Assembly (NCBI GenBank): GCA_965215505.1
Contig: OZ244065.1
Span: 480,001-544,000, forward strand
Direction: 5' to 3'
DNA: 64,000 nt
Source of the DNA: Capsulimonadaceae bacterium
Lineage (GTDB): Bacteria; Armatimonadota; Armatimonadia; Armatimonadales; Capsulimonadaceae
The notes under the pieces were generated by a model, which searched no databases, had not been told where the DNA came from, and saw nothing but the letters and a program-made list of their open reading frames with translations. Both the position numbers and the translations under genes were made by a program. Below are positions 36,116-46,265 of this stretch, one piece after another (position 1 is the stretch's first letter; each line of letters begins with the position of its first letter).

Positions 36116-37219
36116 TCAGTGTTCCGATTCGCCGGGGTTTTCGGGGATGCCGGGGTCGTCCAGGATCTGCACGGCGGTTGCGGAACCGAGGTCCTTCCAA
36201 TCCTGCAAGACCCAGACGACCTTCTTGTCCGGGGTGACTTCAATGAGCTGGGGGCCTTTGCCGTTGTCGCCGCGGGACGTGAAGATCGTGTTGCCGTTGG
36301 CAAGACGGGTGCAGGATTGCGGCGCGGAGCTGAACTGGTATTCCGCCGGCAGGTCTTTCCTGGTGTTGCATTCCCAGACGGTCTCCCCCTTGGGGCTGAC
36401 CTCGCGCGTCAGGCTGTCCGCTTCGTCGGTGATCAGCGTGTTGCCGTTCTTGAGGCGGATGGCGGCCCACGGCGACCGGATCTTGTAGTTCCAGATCTCG
36501 TTGAACTTCTTGTCGTATTCTACGACGTAGCCCATCCCGAAGACGGGGACGAGGTAGGTCCCTTGGGCGGTGACGCGCGCGCGCCGGAACTCCCCGTGGA
36601 TGCCGTTGGGGCTGGGCGGCTGGGTGAACGGGAGGGCGTGTTCGACCTCGACCGCGCCCGTCTTGATGTTGACGACCATCAGCTTGGTCGGCAGGCCGTT
36701 CAGGACGAACATCACGCGGTCCAGCCCGATGGGCTGGCAGGTGTGGACCTCCGTGTGGGCGACGCCCGGCGCTTTGCTGCAATCGTAGCGCCACACCACT
36801 TTTTTGTTCGGCGTGATCTCGGCGACGTATTCCATGCGGCTGAACAGGATGTTGCCATTGGAAAGCATCCAGACGTCGTCATACTCGTAGCTGGTGCCGG
36901 TGGAATAGGTCCAGATCACCTTGCCCTTGTCGGTGAGATACATTTTGTCATAGTTCTCACCGACGTAGAGCATCGAGTGCTGCGCCAGGCCCTTGCCGGG
37001 CAGGCCGGCGGGCGTGACCCCGTTCGTCCAACTTCCGACGGGCGAGGGCGTTTCATCCGGTCCCATCGCGGGCACGTCCGGGGCGGTGAAGCGGCCGAGG
37101 ACATCCAGGCACGGCGTCGCCGGGGCCGGCTTGGGGGCGGCCCCGGTGGGGCCGCCGAGCAACACCGCCAGGCCGATAACCGAAAAGGCTGCCCGCAGCG
37201 CGCGGCGTTCTGGTTTCAT
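36116..37219 (-). CDS. Secreted beta-propeller protein (arylsulfotransferase/PQQ-like repeats)
   Basis: Repeating GKVIW / KKVVW / GETVW and LSNGNIL / LKNGNTL / LANGNTI blades. Confidence 0.7.
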   Translation of the reverse strand: MKPERRALRAAFSVIGLAVLLGGPTGAAPKPAPATPCLDVLGRFTAPDVPAMGPDETPSPVGSWTNGVTPAGLPGKGLAQHSMLYVGENYDKMYLTDKGKVIWTYSTGTSYEYDDVWMLSNGNILFSRMEYVAEITPNKKVVWRYDCSKAPGVAHTEVHTCQPIGLDRVMFVLNGLPTKLMVVNIKTGAVEVEHALPFTQPPSPNGIHGEFRRARVTAQGTYLVPVFGMGYVVEYDKKFNEIWNYKIRSPWAAIRLKNGNTLITDEADSLTREVSPKGETVWECNTRKDLPAEYQFSSAPQSCTRLANGNTIFTSRGDNGKGPQLIEVTPDKKVVWVLQDWKDLGSATAVQILDDPGIPENPGESEH

Positions 37220-37245
37220 GTTTCCACACCTTATCCTCCCACACC

Positions 37246-40200
37246 TCACCGGCGGCTGGATGCGGCCTGACCGGGAACATCAAAGGCGCGCAAGGTGAAG
37301 GAGCCGGAGAGGGGCTTCCCTTTGACGGCATGGATGGCGTGATCCTCCACCCAACTGCCGCTGAGGCCGTGCGGCCCGGCTACTTCGCGGCTGGCGAACA
37401 GAGTCGTGCCGGAAGCGGTCACTCCGCCCCGGCCGACTAGGGGAGCGTCGGCCGGCAGCAGCGCGAGGCCCGCCCCGCTGCCGTCCGAGAGCGTGAGCCA
37501 GTGCAGGCCGCGTTTGGAGGCCCGGAACAGGGTGTCGCCGCCCCGAGCCGTTCCCGACGGCTCGCCTACATGGCCGGCGGGGTAGTCGGTGAAAAATGAG
37601 TCGCGCTGCCAGGCCATCCGGGTCAGGCCGGCGGGCACCGAGAACGTGAGTCCTTCTTCCCACAGGCTGGTGTCAGGCGCGGCCCAGTTCAGAGTCCAGG
37701 CCACCGTGATCTCCGCATCAGGCTTGATGTCGTAAGTCGAGGCCAGTGTGCCGAGCGCGGACCCGCCCGCGCCTGAGAGAACGGTGCTGCTCACGGCGAC
37801 GTGCATCACGCCGTCCGCCCCCTGCACCGCGGACACTTGGGCGTCGGTCGTGACCGGCGGCTGCTTGGCACGGTACATCCCCCGTTCGCTGTCGGCCTTC
37901 GCCTCCCCCAGATTCAGTGTCGGCCCGCCCAGGAGCATGTTCCGGCCATTGACGCGCCAGGACGAGATGGTCCCGGTGTGCTTGTCGAACGCGATCCGCT
38001 GGATGGAGTTGCTGACCGAGAGAGTGTCCGGGCCTTCCTGGGCGGTCACGGTGCCGCCTGACGCTTGTGCAGCAGGCGGGAGGGGAAGGGGAGTACCCTC
38101 CACGGCGAGATTGAACGCGACCACGGGGGTGCCGTCCGGATGGCTGAATTCCAGCCGCAGGGCGGTCATGCCGGCGGGAGCCGGGAACGAGGCCGCCGTG
38201 GACTGCATCGGCCCGCAGGGGACGATCTCGAGGCCGCTCCGCAGCCGGGCGCCCCCGCGCATCGCGGTCCAGCGGCAGGTCAGCTCGCTCAGGTCTGTGA
38301 ACGAGTAGTGGTTGGTCAACGGCACGGCGCAGGTCCCATTCGCGGGGCTGACGGTGCGCGTGCCGACGACGACCGGGCTGTAGACGCTCTTGACGATCCA
38401 CCATTCGGGCTTGGGAACACGATAGGCGGACACAATGCCCTTGTTGTTCTCCTGGCGCATGTGGTCCGGGCCGTAGTAGAAGTCGGTCGTCGTGTCCTCG
38501 TTCTTGTCCGCGATCCCCTGGCTCTGCCACTCCCAGATGAATGAGCCGAGGATGTTCGGGGCCTGCCACAGCTTGTCCCACGTCCTGATGAGCGGCTCGG
38601 ACCACAGATCCGACGCGCCGGGGTCGTAGTCCTGGACCTCCTTCTCGTAGAACGTGTGCGGATGCTCCGTCAGGTTCGTGCCCCACCGCGTGTCCCGCGC
38701 GTACCGGTCTATCGAGTCCGGGCCGGGGTAGTGGTCGTCCTTCCACAACTGGCCCTTGACGCTGTCCGGGTCCTGCCCGGAGACGAAGGCCGGCCGGGTC
38801 GGGTCGGCGGCACGGACCAGGTCCATGACCATCTGGGAGTCGATCCCGTTGGGGTTCTCGTTGCCCAGGCTCCAGGCCAGGACGCAAGGCCGGTTCTTGT
38901 CCCGCGCCACCGTCTCCTGCCCGCGCTGGAGCAGGTAAGGGGCGTACTTCGGGTCCTTGACCTGGTCGTTGATCCAGCAGTAGGGCACTTCGTCGAGGAT
39001 GTACATGCCCTTCTCGTCGCACAGCTCCAGGAACCGCTGGGCATGGTTGTAGTGGCTGGTCCGGACCGCATTTATGTTGGCGGCCTTCATGAGCGTGAGG
39101 TCTTTGACCCAGTTCGCCTCGGTCAGCGCGAAGCCCTTGTCCGCCCAGAAGTCGTGCCGGCAAATGCCCGTACATTTAATGGGCATCCCGTTCCACAGGA
39201 CGACGTTGTTCCTGACCTCGATCTGCTTGAATCCGAAGCGCTGCTCGACGCGCTCCACGGCCTTGCCGCCGCTGGACATCTGGAAGACGACGTAGTAGAG
39301 GTTCGGCTTCTCCGCCGACCAGAGGGCGGGCGCTTTCACCGGGGCGCTCATCGCGACCTGCACGGCCCCGTCCGCCCCGATGCGGCCTTGGCCTGCCAGC
39401 GTCACGGAAGTCGGCCGGCCGTCGCCGCGCATCAGCCTCCCCGCGACGACCACGGCCTGGCCTGGCGCTCCTGTGATACTCAACCGGGTGGAAAGCGTCG
39501 CATCTTTGTCGTTCGCGGCCAGCGGCGTCCGCACCGTGATGTCGCTGATGTGGGTCTGCGGAACGGCGATGAGCGAGGTGTCACGGTAGATGCCCCCCAT
39601 CGCCTGGAAGTCGCCGGTTTCGCAGTCGTCTGAGGGGGTGGTCTTGGAGACGCGCACGGCGAACAGGTTGCGCCTGCCGGGATGGACGAGGCCCGTCAGG
39701 TCAATGTCCCAGGCCGTGTAGCCGCTCTCGTGGTAGCCGGCCTTCTGCCCGTTGATGAACACTTCCGCTCCGTCGAGCGCCCCGTCGAAGTGCCAGTAGA
39801 CGCGCCTGCCGGTCCACGAGGCGGGGACCGTGACGTAGCGCCGGTACAGGCCGACGGTGTTGTCCACCTTGTCGTAGGTCGGCAGCGAGTAGCCGGCCAT
39901 CTCCCAATTGGACGGCACCGGCATGTCGTGCCAGCTCGAGTCGTTGAAGCCGGGCGCGGCGAAGGCATCCCGAGCCGCCGGCAGGTCCGTACCGAGGGGC
40001 TTCGGGGCGGGCGGCTGCCAGGCGGCCTCCTTGCCGTTTTCGGTGGTCCGAATCTGGAACTCCCGCAGCGAAGCCCAGTGTGTGCTGGAGGTCCCGGTCA
40101 CGGTGATGCGGACATAGCGGACGTCGGCGGGAGTCAGCGTGATCGGGCCGTCGGCGACCCCCGGCGCGGCGGTCGCGTCCGCCAGGGTCTTCCACTCGCC

Positions 40201-40668
40201 GCCCTTCAGCCTGCCCTCGATCTTGCACTGATAGCGGTCCCCGGCGTTCTCCCAGGCGAGGGTCGCGCCGGAGACGTGCCGCGTCCCCCCGAGGTCCGCC
40301 TGAAGCCACTGCGGGAAGTCGGCGCTGGTGGCGCACCAGCGAGTGTCGGGGACACCATCGAAAGCGTTCTCGGGCGGGTTCTCGGTCTGGCTGGTGGAGG
40401 CCGTCAGCCCGGTGTTGACGGGCGCGGACGGTTGGAACTGCCGCGCCTTGGTGATCTGCCCGTAGGACAGCCGGAACCGCCAGGTGCCGGTCATCGGCAG
40501 GTTCCACGGGTTATGGGCGCGGAGCCGGTCCGGCGGCATCGGCGCCGCCGCCGGCAGCGGCAGAGGGAGCGACGCGGGAGAAACGCGCCCGACATCCTGC
40601 CCGAAGGCTGGGGACGTAAAAGCAGGGAGGAGTATCGGCAGGAGGAACGAAAAATGTCGTCGTTTCAT
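37246..40668 (-). CDS. GH2 beta-galactosidase-like enzyme with inserted F5/8 type C (CBM32) domain
   Basis: VPSNWEMAGY, GGIYRD, LWSAEKPNLY, INAVRTSHY, WSLGNE, LTEH, GSFIWEW; AFDG..DTRW..PQWLQADLG..RYVRI..SLREF. Confidence 0.9.
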   Translation of the reverse strand: MKRRHFSFLLPILLPAFTSPAFGQDVGRVSPASLPLPLPAAAPMPPDRLRAHNPWNLPMTGTWRFRLSYGQITKARQFQPSAPVNTGLTASTSQTENPPENAFDGVPDTRWCATSADFPQWLQADLGGTRHVSGATLAWENAGDRYQCKIEGRLKGGEWKTLADATAAPGVADGPITLTPADVRYVRITVTGTSSTHWASLREFQIRTTENGKEAAWQPPAPKPLGTDLPAARDAFAAPGFNDSSWHDMPVPSNWEMAGYSLPTYDKVDNTVGLYRRYVTVPASWTGRRVYWHFDGALDGAEVFINGQKAGYHESGYTAWDIDLTGLVHPGRRNLFAVRVSKTTPSDDCETGDFQAMGGIYRDTSLIAVPQTHISDITVRTPLAANDKDATLSTRLSITGAPGQAVVVAGRLMRGDGRPTSVTLAGQGRIGADGAVQVAMSAPVKAPALWSAEKPNLYYVVFQMSSGGKAVERVEQRFGFKQIEVRNNVVLWNGMPIKCTGICRHDFWADKGFALTEANWVKDLTLMKAANINAVRTSHYNHAQRFLELCDEKGMYILDEVPYCWINDQVKDPKYAPYLLQRGQETVARDKNRPCVLAWSLGNENPNGIDSQMVMDLVRAADPTRPAFVSGQDPDSVKGQLWKDDHYPGPDSIDRYARDTRWGTNLTEHPHTFYEKEVQDYDPGASDLWSEPLIRTWDKLWQAPNILGSFIWEWQSQGIADKNEDTTTDFYYGPDHMRQENNKGIVSAYRVPKPEWWIVKSVYSPVVVGTRTVSPANGTCAVPLTNHYSFTDLSELTCRWTAMRGGARLRSGLEIVPCGPMQSTAASFPAPAGMTALRLEFSHPDGTPVVAFNLAVEGTPLPLPPAAQASGGTVTAQEGPDTLSVSNSIQRIAFDKHTGTISSWRVNGRNMLLGGPTLNLGEAKADSERGMYRAKQPPVTTDAQVSAVQGADGVMHVAVSSTVLSGAGGSALGTLASTYDIKPDAEITVAWTLNWAAPDTSLWEEGLTFSVPAGLTRMAWQRDSFFTDYPAGHVGEPSGTARGGDTLFRASKRGLHWLTLSDGSGAGLALLPADAPLVGRGGVTASGTTLFASREVAGPHGLSGSWVEDHAIHAVKGKPLSGSFTLRAFDVPGQAASSRR

Positions 40669-40891
40669 GAGTGCCTTTCGTACCGTTCGCGGGGCTACCG
40701 ACGTTGAATCGGCCCCGATGTTATTGCCATATAACCACTCTCACGAACGGCGTGAGTTCCGAAGCGCCGCAGCGGCCATGAGCGCCATGATACCACACTA
40801 TCCCCAAAATAGTACCAAACATGAACGGGTCGGTCTTAGGAACATAAATGGAGCATGAAACGAATGGGAAACCGGAAGTTCGGGAGTGGAC

Positions 40892-42073
40892 TCAGGCTTT
40901 TGGGACATTCATTGTCGCAGGCGCGGCGCTGCTCTCACGCGCCACCAGGCGCGCAGGCAGTTCAACCTCCGTCACAGGGGCGGACGGATCTCTCATACGG
41001 CGCAGGAGCAAATCCACAGCCCTCCGGCCGATCTCCTCGAAGGGCTGTGCGATCGTGGTCAGGCCGAGGCCGCCGGGCAGGGTGGGGATGATGTTGTCGA
41101 AGCCCGCGAGCGCGACATCTCCGGGGACCGTCAGGCCCAGGTTCTGGAGGCGGTCCAGGAGAGAGACGGCGGCGTAGTCGTTGAAGACGACGGCCGCCGT
41201 CGGCCTCTCGTCCGCAGGCAGGCGGAACATCGTGTCAACAACGGTCCAGGGGTCCGACCGGTGCCGGGACGGGATCGTCAGGACGATCTCCGGGATTCCG
41301 GCCTCGCGCACGGCATCCACATACCCCTGCACGCGATCCTGGACCGGACGGATCTGCTCGCACTTTGTGACATAAGCGATACGGCGATGTCCCTGTGCGG
41401 CCAGATGCATGGTCATGTCGAACATCGCCCGGCGATTGTCGATGCCGACGAAATCCGTCTCCAGCGAGGCCGTCCGCCGGTCAATGGTGACGAGCGGGAT
41501 GCGGCGGCTCACCTCTTCGACGAGGTCCCGGTTGCTGCGGTAGGCGTAGGGATAGAAGATGACGCCGCCGAAGCCGCGCTCTAGGGCGTAGCGCAGGTGC
41601 GCGGCCTCGCCCGCCGCATTCTCTTCTTCGCTCCCGATCTGGCCCAACTGGAGGAAGACAGCATGATAGCCGGCTTCGGCGAGCGCCTGATTCATGCCCC
41701 AAAAGATGCGCTGCTGCGACGTCCCGGCGTGTTCCAGAACGCCGTCGCCGGGCCACATGATGAGCGCCACGAAAGCCGAAGACGACAGGGCAGACGCGGG
41801 CAGGCCCACGCTGTTGGGGGCGGCTCCGCTCCGCATCGGCCCGACAATCGGGCGACAGTGCGGGCGGCGGTGGATCAGCCCGTCGTTCACGAGGTCATTG
41901 ATCGCGGTCCGGACCACGCGCCGGTCAACGCCGAGGTCCTCAGCCAGAGTTCGCTCGGTCGGCAGCCAGTCGCCGGCCTGATAGTGTCCAGCGTTGATGC
42001 GCCCACGCAGCAGGTCGGCGACGGCGTCGTTCGGCCGTTTAGTGGATGTCGAGGCCCGTGATGCGGTCGGCAT
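40892..42073 (-). CDS. GntR-HTH plus LacI-type sensor transcriptional regulator (AraR-like)
   Basis: GDWLPTERTLAEDLGVDR.VVR; GHRRIAY, FNDYAA, VPGDVALAGFDN, LTTIAQP; alternative start 42085. Confidence 0.9.
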   Translation of the reverse strand: MPTASRASTSTKRPNDAVADLLRGRINAGHYQAGDWLPTERTLAEDLGVDRRVVRTAINDLVNDGLIHRRPHCRPIVGPMRSGAAPNSVGLPASALSSSAFVALIMWPGDGVLEHAGTSQQRIFWGMNQALAEAGYHAVFLQLGQIGSEEENAAGEAAHLRYALERGFGGVIFYPYAYRSNRDLVEEVSRRIPLVTIDRRTASLETDFVGIDNRRAMFDMTMHLAAQGHRRIAYVTKCEQIRPVQDRVQGYVDAVREAGIPEIVLTIPSRHRSDPWTVVDTMFRLPADERPTAAVVFNDYAAVSLLDRLQNLGLTVPGDVALAGFDNIIPTLPGGLGLTTIAQPFEEIGRRAVDLLLRRMRDPSAPVTEVELPARLVARESSAAPATMNVPKA

Positions 42074-42151
42074 AGTGATTGCCATTATGGCACAATTCAG
42101 ACCCGGATGGGCGATCTCGCCCTTCCCCTGAGCGGGCGACGGGAAACCGGA

Positions 42152-43957
42152 TCACTCGTAACGGATGTCATCCAGGTAGAAGGCCACGGGCTTGCCGGTC
42201 GCGGCCAGGGTCCAGCAGAAGCCGGTCTTGATGCGGGACAGGTCCAGCCCTTTCAGGTCGAGTCTGTATTTCTTCCACGTCGGCGTCAGCGCGACGTGGT
42301 CCAGCTTGCCGGTCGCGCTGTCGGGGTAAGTCTTGTCTTTGCCGAGCAGGCCGAACTGGAAGTTGACGACCTCACCGCCGGACGCGCCGCGTGCCCAGAA
42401 CGTGAGCGCCCTGGCCCCGGTCAGGTCCGAGCCGCCGGGATGGTCGCCCCAATCGCCTGCGGCGTCCTGCCAGACGACACCGCCCCAGTCGTCAGCCGCC
42501 GTGTAGCCGACCTTCAGGCACGTCTTTCCCGTGCGCGGCGAGTCGGCGGAGGCGGCCTCCATCCTGATCGCGCCCGTGTTCCCCATGTATCCGGCCGGCG
42601 TGAAGGGCGGGGTGCCGTGCGCGCCCGCCCCGTACAGGACGAGCGGCAGGACGGCCTTTGATGCGGCGGGCTGCGGGGAGTCGTCCTGGACATAAAGCGG
42701 AACATTCGCGACGGCCGCGCCGCCATGCGCGTCCCGGACATAGACGTAGAGCCGGTAGCCGCCTTTGTGGATCGGCAGGGTCACGGTCGCTCCGCCATTG
42801 TCGGATGAAGTGATGGACTCGGGGTAGGTCGGCAGGGCACCCTCGGCCCCGCCGCCGGTGTGGTAAGTGACCGAGTCGGCCTGCAAGACCCACTGGACGG
42901 TCAGCGGGTCCTTTTGGGGATCGGCGGCGGTCAGTGTCGCCTTGACGGTCGCGCCGGGGGCGACCTGATCCGGCCCGGCCACGGTCAGGGCGTTGATGAC
43001 CGGGCAGAGGCGGGCGGGCGGCCTGCCGGTCCAGAGCTGGGTCAGGGCGTCGTCCGCGCCCAGACGGCTGCCGTCCGGCAGGAGCAGGCCGAACCAGGTC
43101 GCCGTCGCCTCCTGCTTATTGCCCCAGGTGAAGGCATAGGAGCCGAGGCAGAGCGGCTGGGCGGCGATGCTCTTCTCGTAGGTCGCGCTGTAAGTCTGCG
43201 CCTTCGCCGTGCTGGAAAGCTCGGGGACCGCGCCCCAGGAGTTCGCTTTCTGCTCCCAGACGCCGGGCGGGCCGTATTCGGTGATCATGTAGGGCTTCAC
43301 GCCGCCCGCCGCCTTGTACCGGGCGGCCACGGAAGGGCCGCCGCCATAGGAATTGATGCCCACGATGTCTATGTCCGGGCAGTGGGCGTTGATCTGCTGC
43401 ACCTTGTCGCCGCCGATCTCGGCAACGACGGTTATAGTCGGGTGGTTCGGGTCCAGCGCGTGGGCCATCCTGGCGAGGTCTTCGATCGCCGCCCACATGT
43501 CGGCATTGTCCTGCTCGCCGACCTCCATCTCGTTTCCCAAAGCCCAGCACAGCAGGGCAGGGGAGTCACGGTAGCGCAGGATGTCCTTGCGGACGGCCTC
43601 CTTCTGGGCCGCGACCTGGGCGGCGTCGTGGTAGTTGAAGTATTCCTTGTGGCCGAGCCAGACGCCGACCGTGACGGTCAAGCCGAGTTTCTGTGCTTCC
43701 GCCAGTTTCGGCTCCAGGTTGTCCGCCCCCCAGGTGCGGAACGAGTTGCCGCCGCCGTCCCGGAGCAGCATTTTTGAGCCGTCCCCGCCCGCGCCCTTGA
43801 CGAAGTAGGGCTTGCCGTCCCGCAGGAGCTGGAAGCCGCCCGCATTCCTGACGACCTTGACGACGGAAGGCTTGGCGTTGCCCGGCGGGGCGGCATGGAG
43901 CGCATTGGGAGCAAAAGCGGCACACAAAAGCGTCAGGAGGACGAGTGAGTTCTTCAT
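42152..43957 (-). CDS. Clan GH-A TIM-barrel glycoside hydrolase (GH2-like, possibly beta-1,3-glucanase) with C-terminal CBM-like domain
   Basis: GGNSFRTWG, WALGNE, INSYG, YMITEYGP; C-terminal WGGVVW..DLTGA..LTFWARG..FYLDDIRYE; signal peptide. Confidence 0.8.
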   Translation of the reverse strand: MKNSLVLLTLLCAAFAPNALHAAPPGNAKPSVVKVVRNAGGFQLLRDGKPYFVKGAGGDGSKMLLRDGGGNSFRTWGADNLEPKLAEAQKLGLTVTVGVWLGHKEYFNYHDAAQVAAQKEAVRKDILRYRDSPALLCWALGNEMEVGEQDNADMWAAIEDLARMAHALDPNHPTITVVAEIGGDKVQQINAHCPDIDIVGINSYGGGPSVAARYKAAGGVKPYMITEYGPPGVWEQKANSWGAVPELSSTAKAQTYSATYEKSIAAQPLCLGSYAFTWGNKQEATATWFGLLLPDGSRLGADDALTQLWTGRPPARLCPVINALTVAGPDQVAPGATVKATLTAADPQKDPLTVQWVLQADSVTYHTGGGAEGALPTYPESITSSDNGGATVTLPIHKGGYRLYVYVRDAHGGAAVANVPLYVQDDSPQPAASKAVLPLVLYGAGAHGTPPFTPAGYMGNTGAIRMEAASADSPRTGKTCLKVGYTAADDWGGVVWQDAAGDWGDHPGGSDLTGARALTFWARGASGGEVVNFQFGLLGKDKTYPDSATGKLDHVALTPTWKKYRLDLKGLDLSRIKTGFCWTLAATGKPVAFYLDDIRYE

Positions 43958-44117
43958 TCGATGAGTATACCGCCCCTCGCAATGAAAGGGTATTTGACAC
44001 AGGCGTCCGACTTGCATAATGCCCGTGCGACCTGTACGCCTGGGTCTTCCTGACAAATCATCATTAGGGAGGGCAGTAGGAAAGGCTGCTGACCGCCTAC
44101 GGAAGCAGTCGGATGCA

Positions 44118-44837
44118 TCAGCGAGCAAACCCCTTCCATAAAATCATCTCGATAGCGTCAGGTCTGCAATCGAGATCGTGCGCCCAGCCATTTACTAGTT
44201 CAACATAAAGCGCATATCCCTCGGCGCTACGCTGATCAACGGATGACCACCAAAGTTGCATTGCTTGAGCGGCCCCCTGGTTGCCGGCATCGGCAAGTTG
44301 CTTCATTCCCCCGGCAACTCCGTTTTCACGATTGTTGCCGTCCAGAATCAGAGGCATGGGATCAAGGCCGGAAGCCAGCCCTACGAAGTAGAAGTACTTC
44401 GTGAAGAATGACCAGCTAAATTGGTTCAAAGCTCCCGGACCACGAAAGAACAGGCAAGCCTCCACCAGTTCACCGATCTGCACTAGCTCCGCACCCTGTA
44501 TGAGCCGCTCAGTCGCTTGTGAGTGCGCCAGCATCCTACTTGTGCGGGTAGCGCCATAACCGACAGTGCCATACCCCCACATCATAACAGCCATTGCGAA
44601 CCGGCGTACAGAAAGCGGTTCAGTTTTCGCTTCGATACCAAGGGCGCACACGTTGCTGCGTGATAGGCTCTGACCGAATCGCCTGTGGATCTCAGTCAAG
44701 TCTTTGTCTGAGGTAAAACAGCGTTCCCACGTTTGGTAGTTGTAGTGGATAGAGTGTTCTTCTGGGCGATAGACTTTCAGTTCCGTTACTCTTCTCTTCA
44801 AGAGGTCTGGAACTTGGCTCTGGGATTGTGATGCCAT
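44118..44837 (-). CDS. Putative OGG-like (HhH-type) DNA glycosylase family protein
   Basis: VMMWGYGTVGYGATR, SFFTKYFYF, PLILD, Y..YVE...WA...RPDAIE..LW; lower GC than flanks; RBS AGGAG. Confidence 0.6.
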   Translation of the reverse strand: MASQSQSQVPDLLKRRVTELKVYRPEEHSIHYNYQTWERCFTSDKDLTEIHRRFGQSLSRSNVCALGIEAKTEPLSVRRFAMAVMMWGYGTVGYGATRTSRMLAHSQATERLIQGAELVQIGELVEACLFFRGPGALNQFSWSFFTKYFYFVGLASGLDPMPLILDGNNRENGVAGGMKQLADAGNQGAAQAMQLWWSSVDQRSAEGYALYVELVNGWAHDLDCRPDAIEMILWKGFAR

Positions 44838-44902
44838 GGATCTCTCCTAGTTTTATGCTTGGTCGCTTACTACGATGATCTATATGAAGCCAAGCAACAG
44901 TG

Positions 44903-46096
44903 TCAAGCGGCGGCATCGGCGAGGGCGGCTTGGGGCCGGGGCAGCACGGCCTGGGTGATGACCAGGGACGCGAGGGCGGCGGCGACGCCGCACCAGAAAG
45001 GGGCGTGGTAGCCGAAGCGGTGCCAGAGCAGGCCGCCCGCCACGGGGATGACCACGGCGGCGACGTGGTTCATGGTCTGGCCCATCGCGAGCGACGGCGT
45101 CATCTCACCGGGCCGGACGATGCGGTTGAGGTAGGTGGTGATGCCGACGCCGAACGAGAACAGGATGCTGTCCACGACCCACAATACCTCCAGCACGGCG
45201 ACGCGCTGGACCAGAGCGTACCCGGCGAAGGTCAGGGCGATGGCGACATAGTAGAACGACATGGTGTGGCGTTCGCCGATGCGATCAATGAGCCGGCCCA
45301 CCGGTGCGGCGACCAGGAAGGAGGCGGCGGCGTTGAGCAGCATCAGCGTGTCTATCTGCGGCAGGGCGACGTGCCACTGCTGGACCAGGGCAAACAGTGC
45401 GAAGGTCGAAAAGATCTGCCGCCGGAATCCTTCCAGGAAGGTCAGGCCGTAGAACAGCCCATACTCGCGCCGGAAGAGCAGCCGGGGCCGGTTGTGCGTG
45501 GTCGAGGCCCCCGACATGGGCAGCAGGCACGCCCCGCCCGCGAAGATGAAGGCGGCGGCGGTCACGAAAAATCCGGGGTAGAAGATCGGGTGTTCATGCC
45601 CCGCCACCAGGCGGACCACGATGAACGCGAGGATCGTCCCCGCTGACCCGATGGCCCCCATGCGGCCCAGGTGCCGCCCGCTCTCCGCGCCCGAGGCCAA
45701 TGCGATCGGGATGAACGACGAGGACGTGAACCACTGGTGCATGAAGACGGACCAGAAGACAGTCACCAGCACCAGCTCGCCGTAGGTGTGGACGAAGCCG
45801 GTGGCGGCGACGCCCGCCGCGCTGAAGCACAGGCAAAGCGCGGCGATGCGCGACTCGGCGTAGCGCGCTACCAGGGCGGCGATGCCGACGGCCAGCAGGC
45901 CGGGGATCTCGCGCGACGTTTCCAGGGCACCCATGCCGAGCGGCTTCACCCCCAATGTCTCGGTGATGAAGTTGATGAAGACCGCGCCGTACATGGCGAA
46001 GCCGAAGCCGAACAGGAAAACGGCGGTGGAAAAGAGCCGCCAGTCGCGGCGGATCTGTTCAGGGGTGAAGGTGTGTTCAGGGGAAAAAGCAGGCAT
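44903..46096 (-). CDS. MFS transporter
   Basis: About 12 TM segments; LETSREIPG, VGRLIDRIGER motif A. Confidence 0.88.
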   Translation of the reverse strand: MPAFSPEHTFTPEQIRRDWRLFSTAVFLFGFGFAMYGAVFINFITETLGVKPLGMGALETSREIPGLLAVGIAALVARYAESRIAALCLCFSAAGVAATGFVHTYGELVLVTVFWSVFMHQWFTSSSFIPIALASGAESGRHLGRMGAIGSAGTILAFIVVRLVAGHEHPIFYPGFFVTAAAFIFAGGACLLPMSGASTTHNRPRLLFRREYGLFYGLTFLEGFRRQIFSTFALFALVQQWHVALPQIDTLMLLNAAASFLVAAPVGRLIDRIGERHTMSFYYVAIALTFAGYALVQRVAVLEVLWVVDSILFSFGVGITTYLNRIVRPGEMTPSLAMGQTMNHVAAVVIPVAGGLLWHRFGYHAPFWCGVAAALASLVITQAVLPRPQAALADAAA

Positions 46097-46145
46097 CGGC
46101 TTCCAGTATACCTATTTTCGGCGATTTTTGGGATAACGCGCGGGT

Positions 46146-46161
46146 TGGCACGGTCTATGCA
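46146..46161 (+). promoter_or_regulatory. sigma54 (RpoN) -24/-12 promoter
   Basis: TGGCACGGTCTATGCA, exact GG-N10-GC spacing. Confidence 0.65.
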
Positions 46162-46265
46162 TTAGAGGTAAGCAGTAAGGCACTCGCAAGAACTCACGCG
46201 CACGGATGAAGACGAAGTCGTTGCCGTCCATGACATCACCGATCGTCGAGAAAGGTCGTCCACTC

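Noticed and set aside
43994-44117. Plus-strand promoter and small structured RNA convergent on the OGG-like gene
   Set aside because: TTGACA to CATAAT spacing is only 15 bp and the hairpins are short with no U-tract
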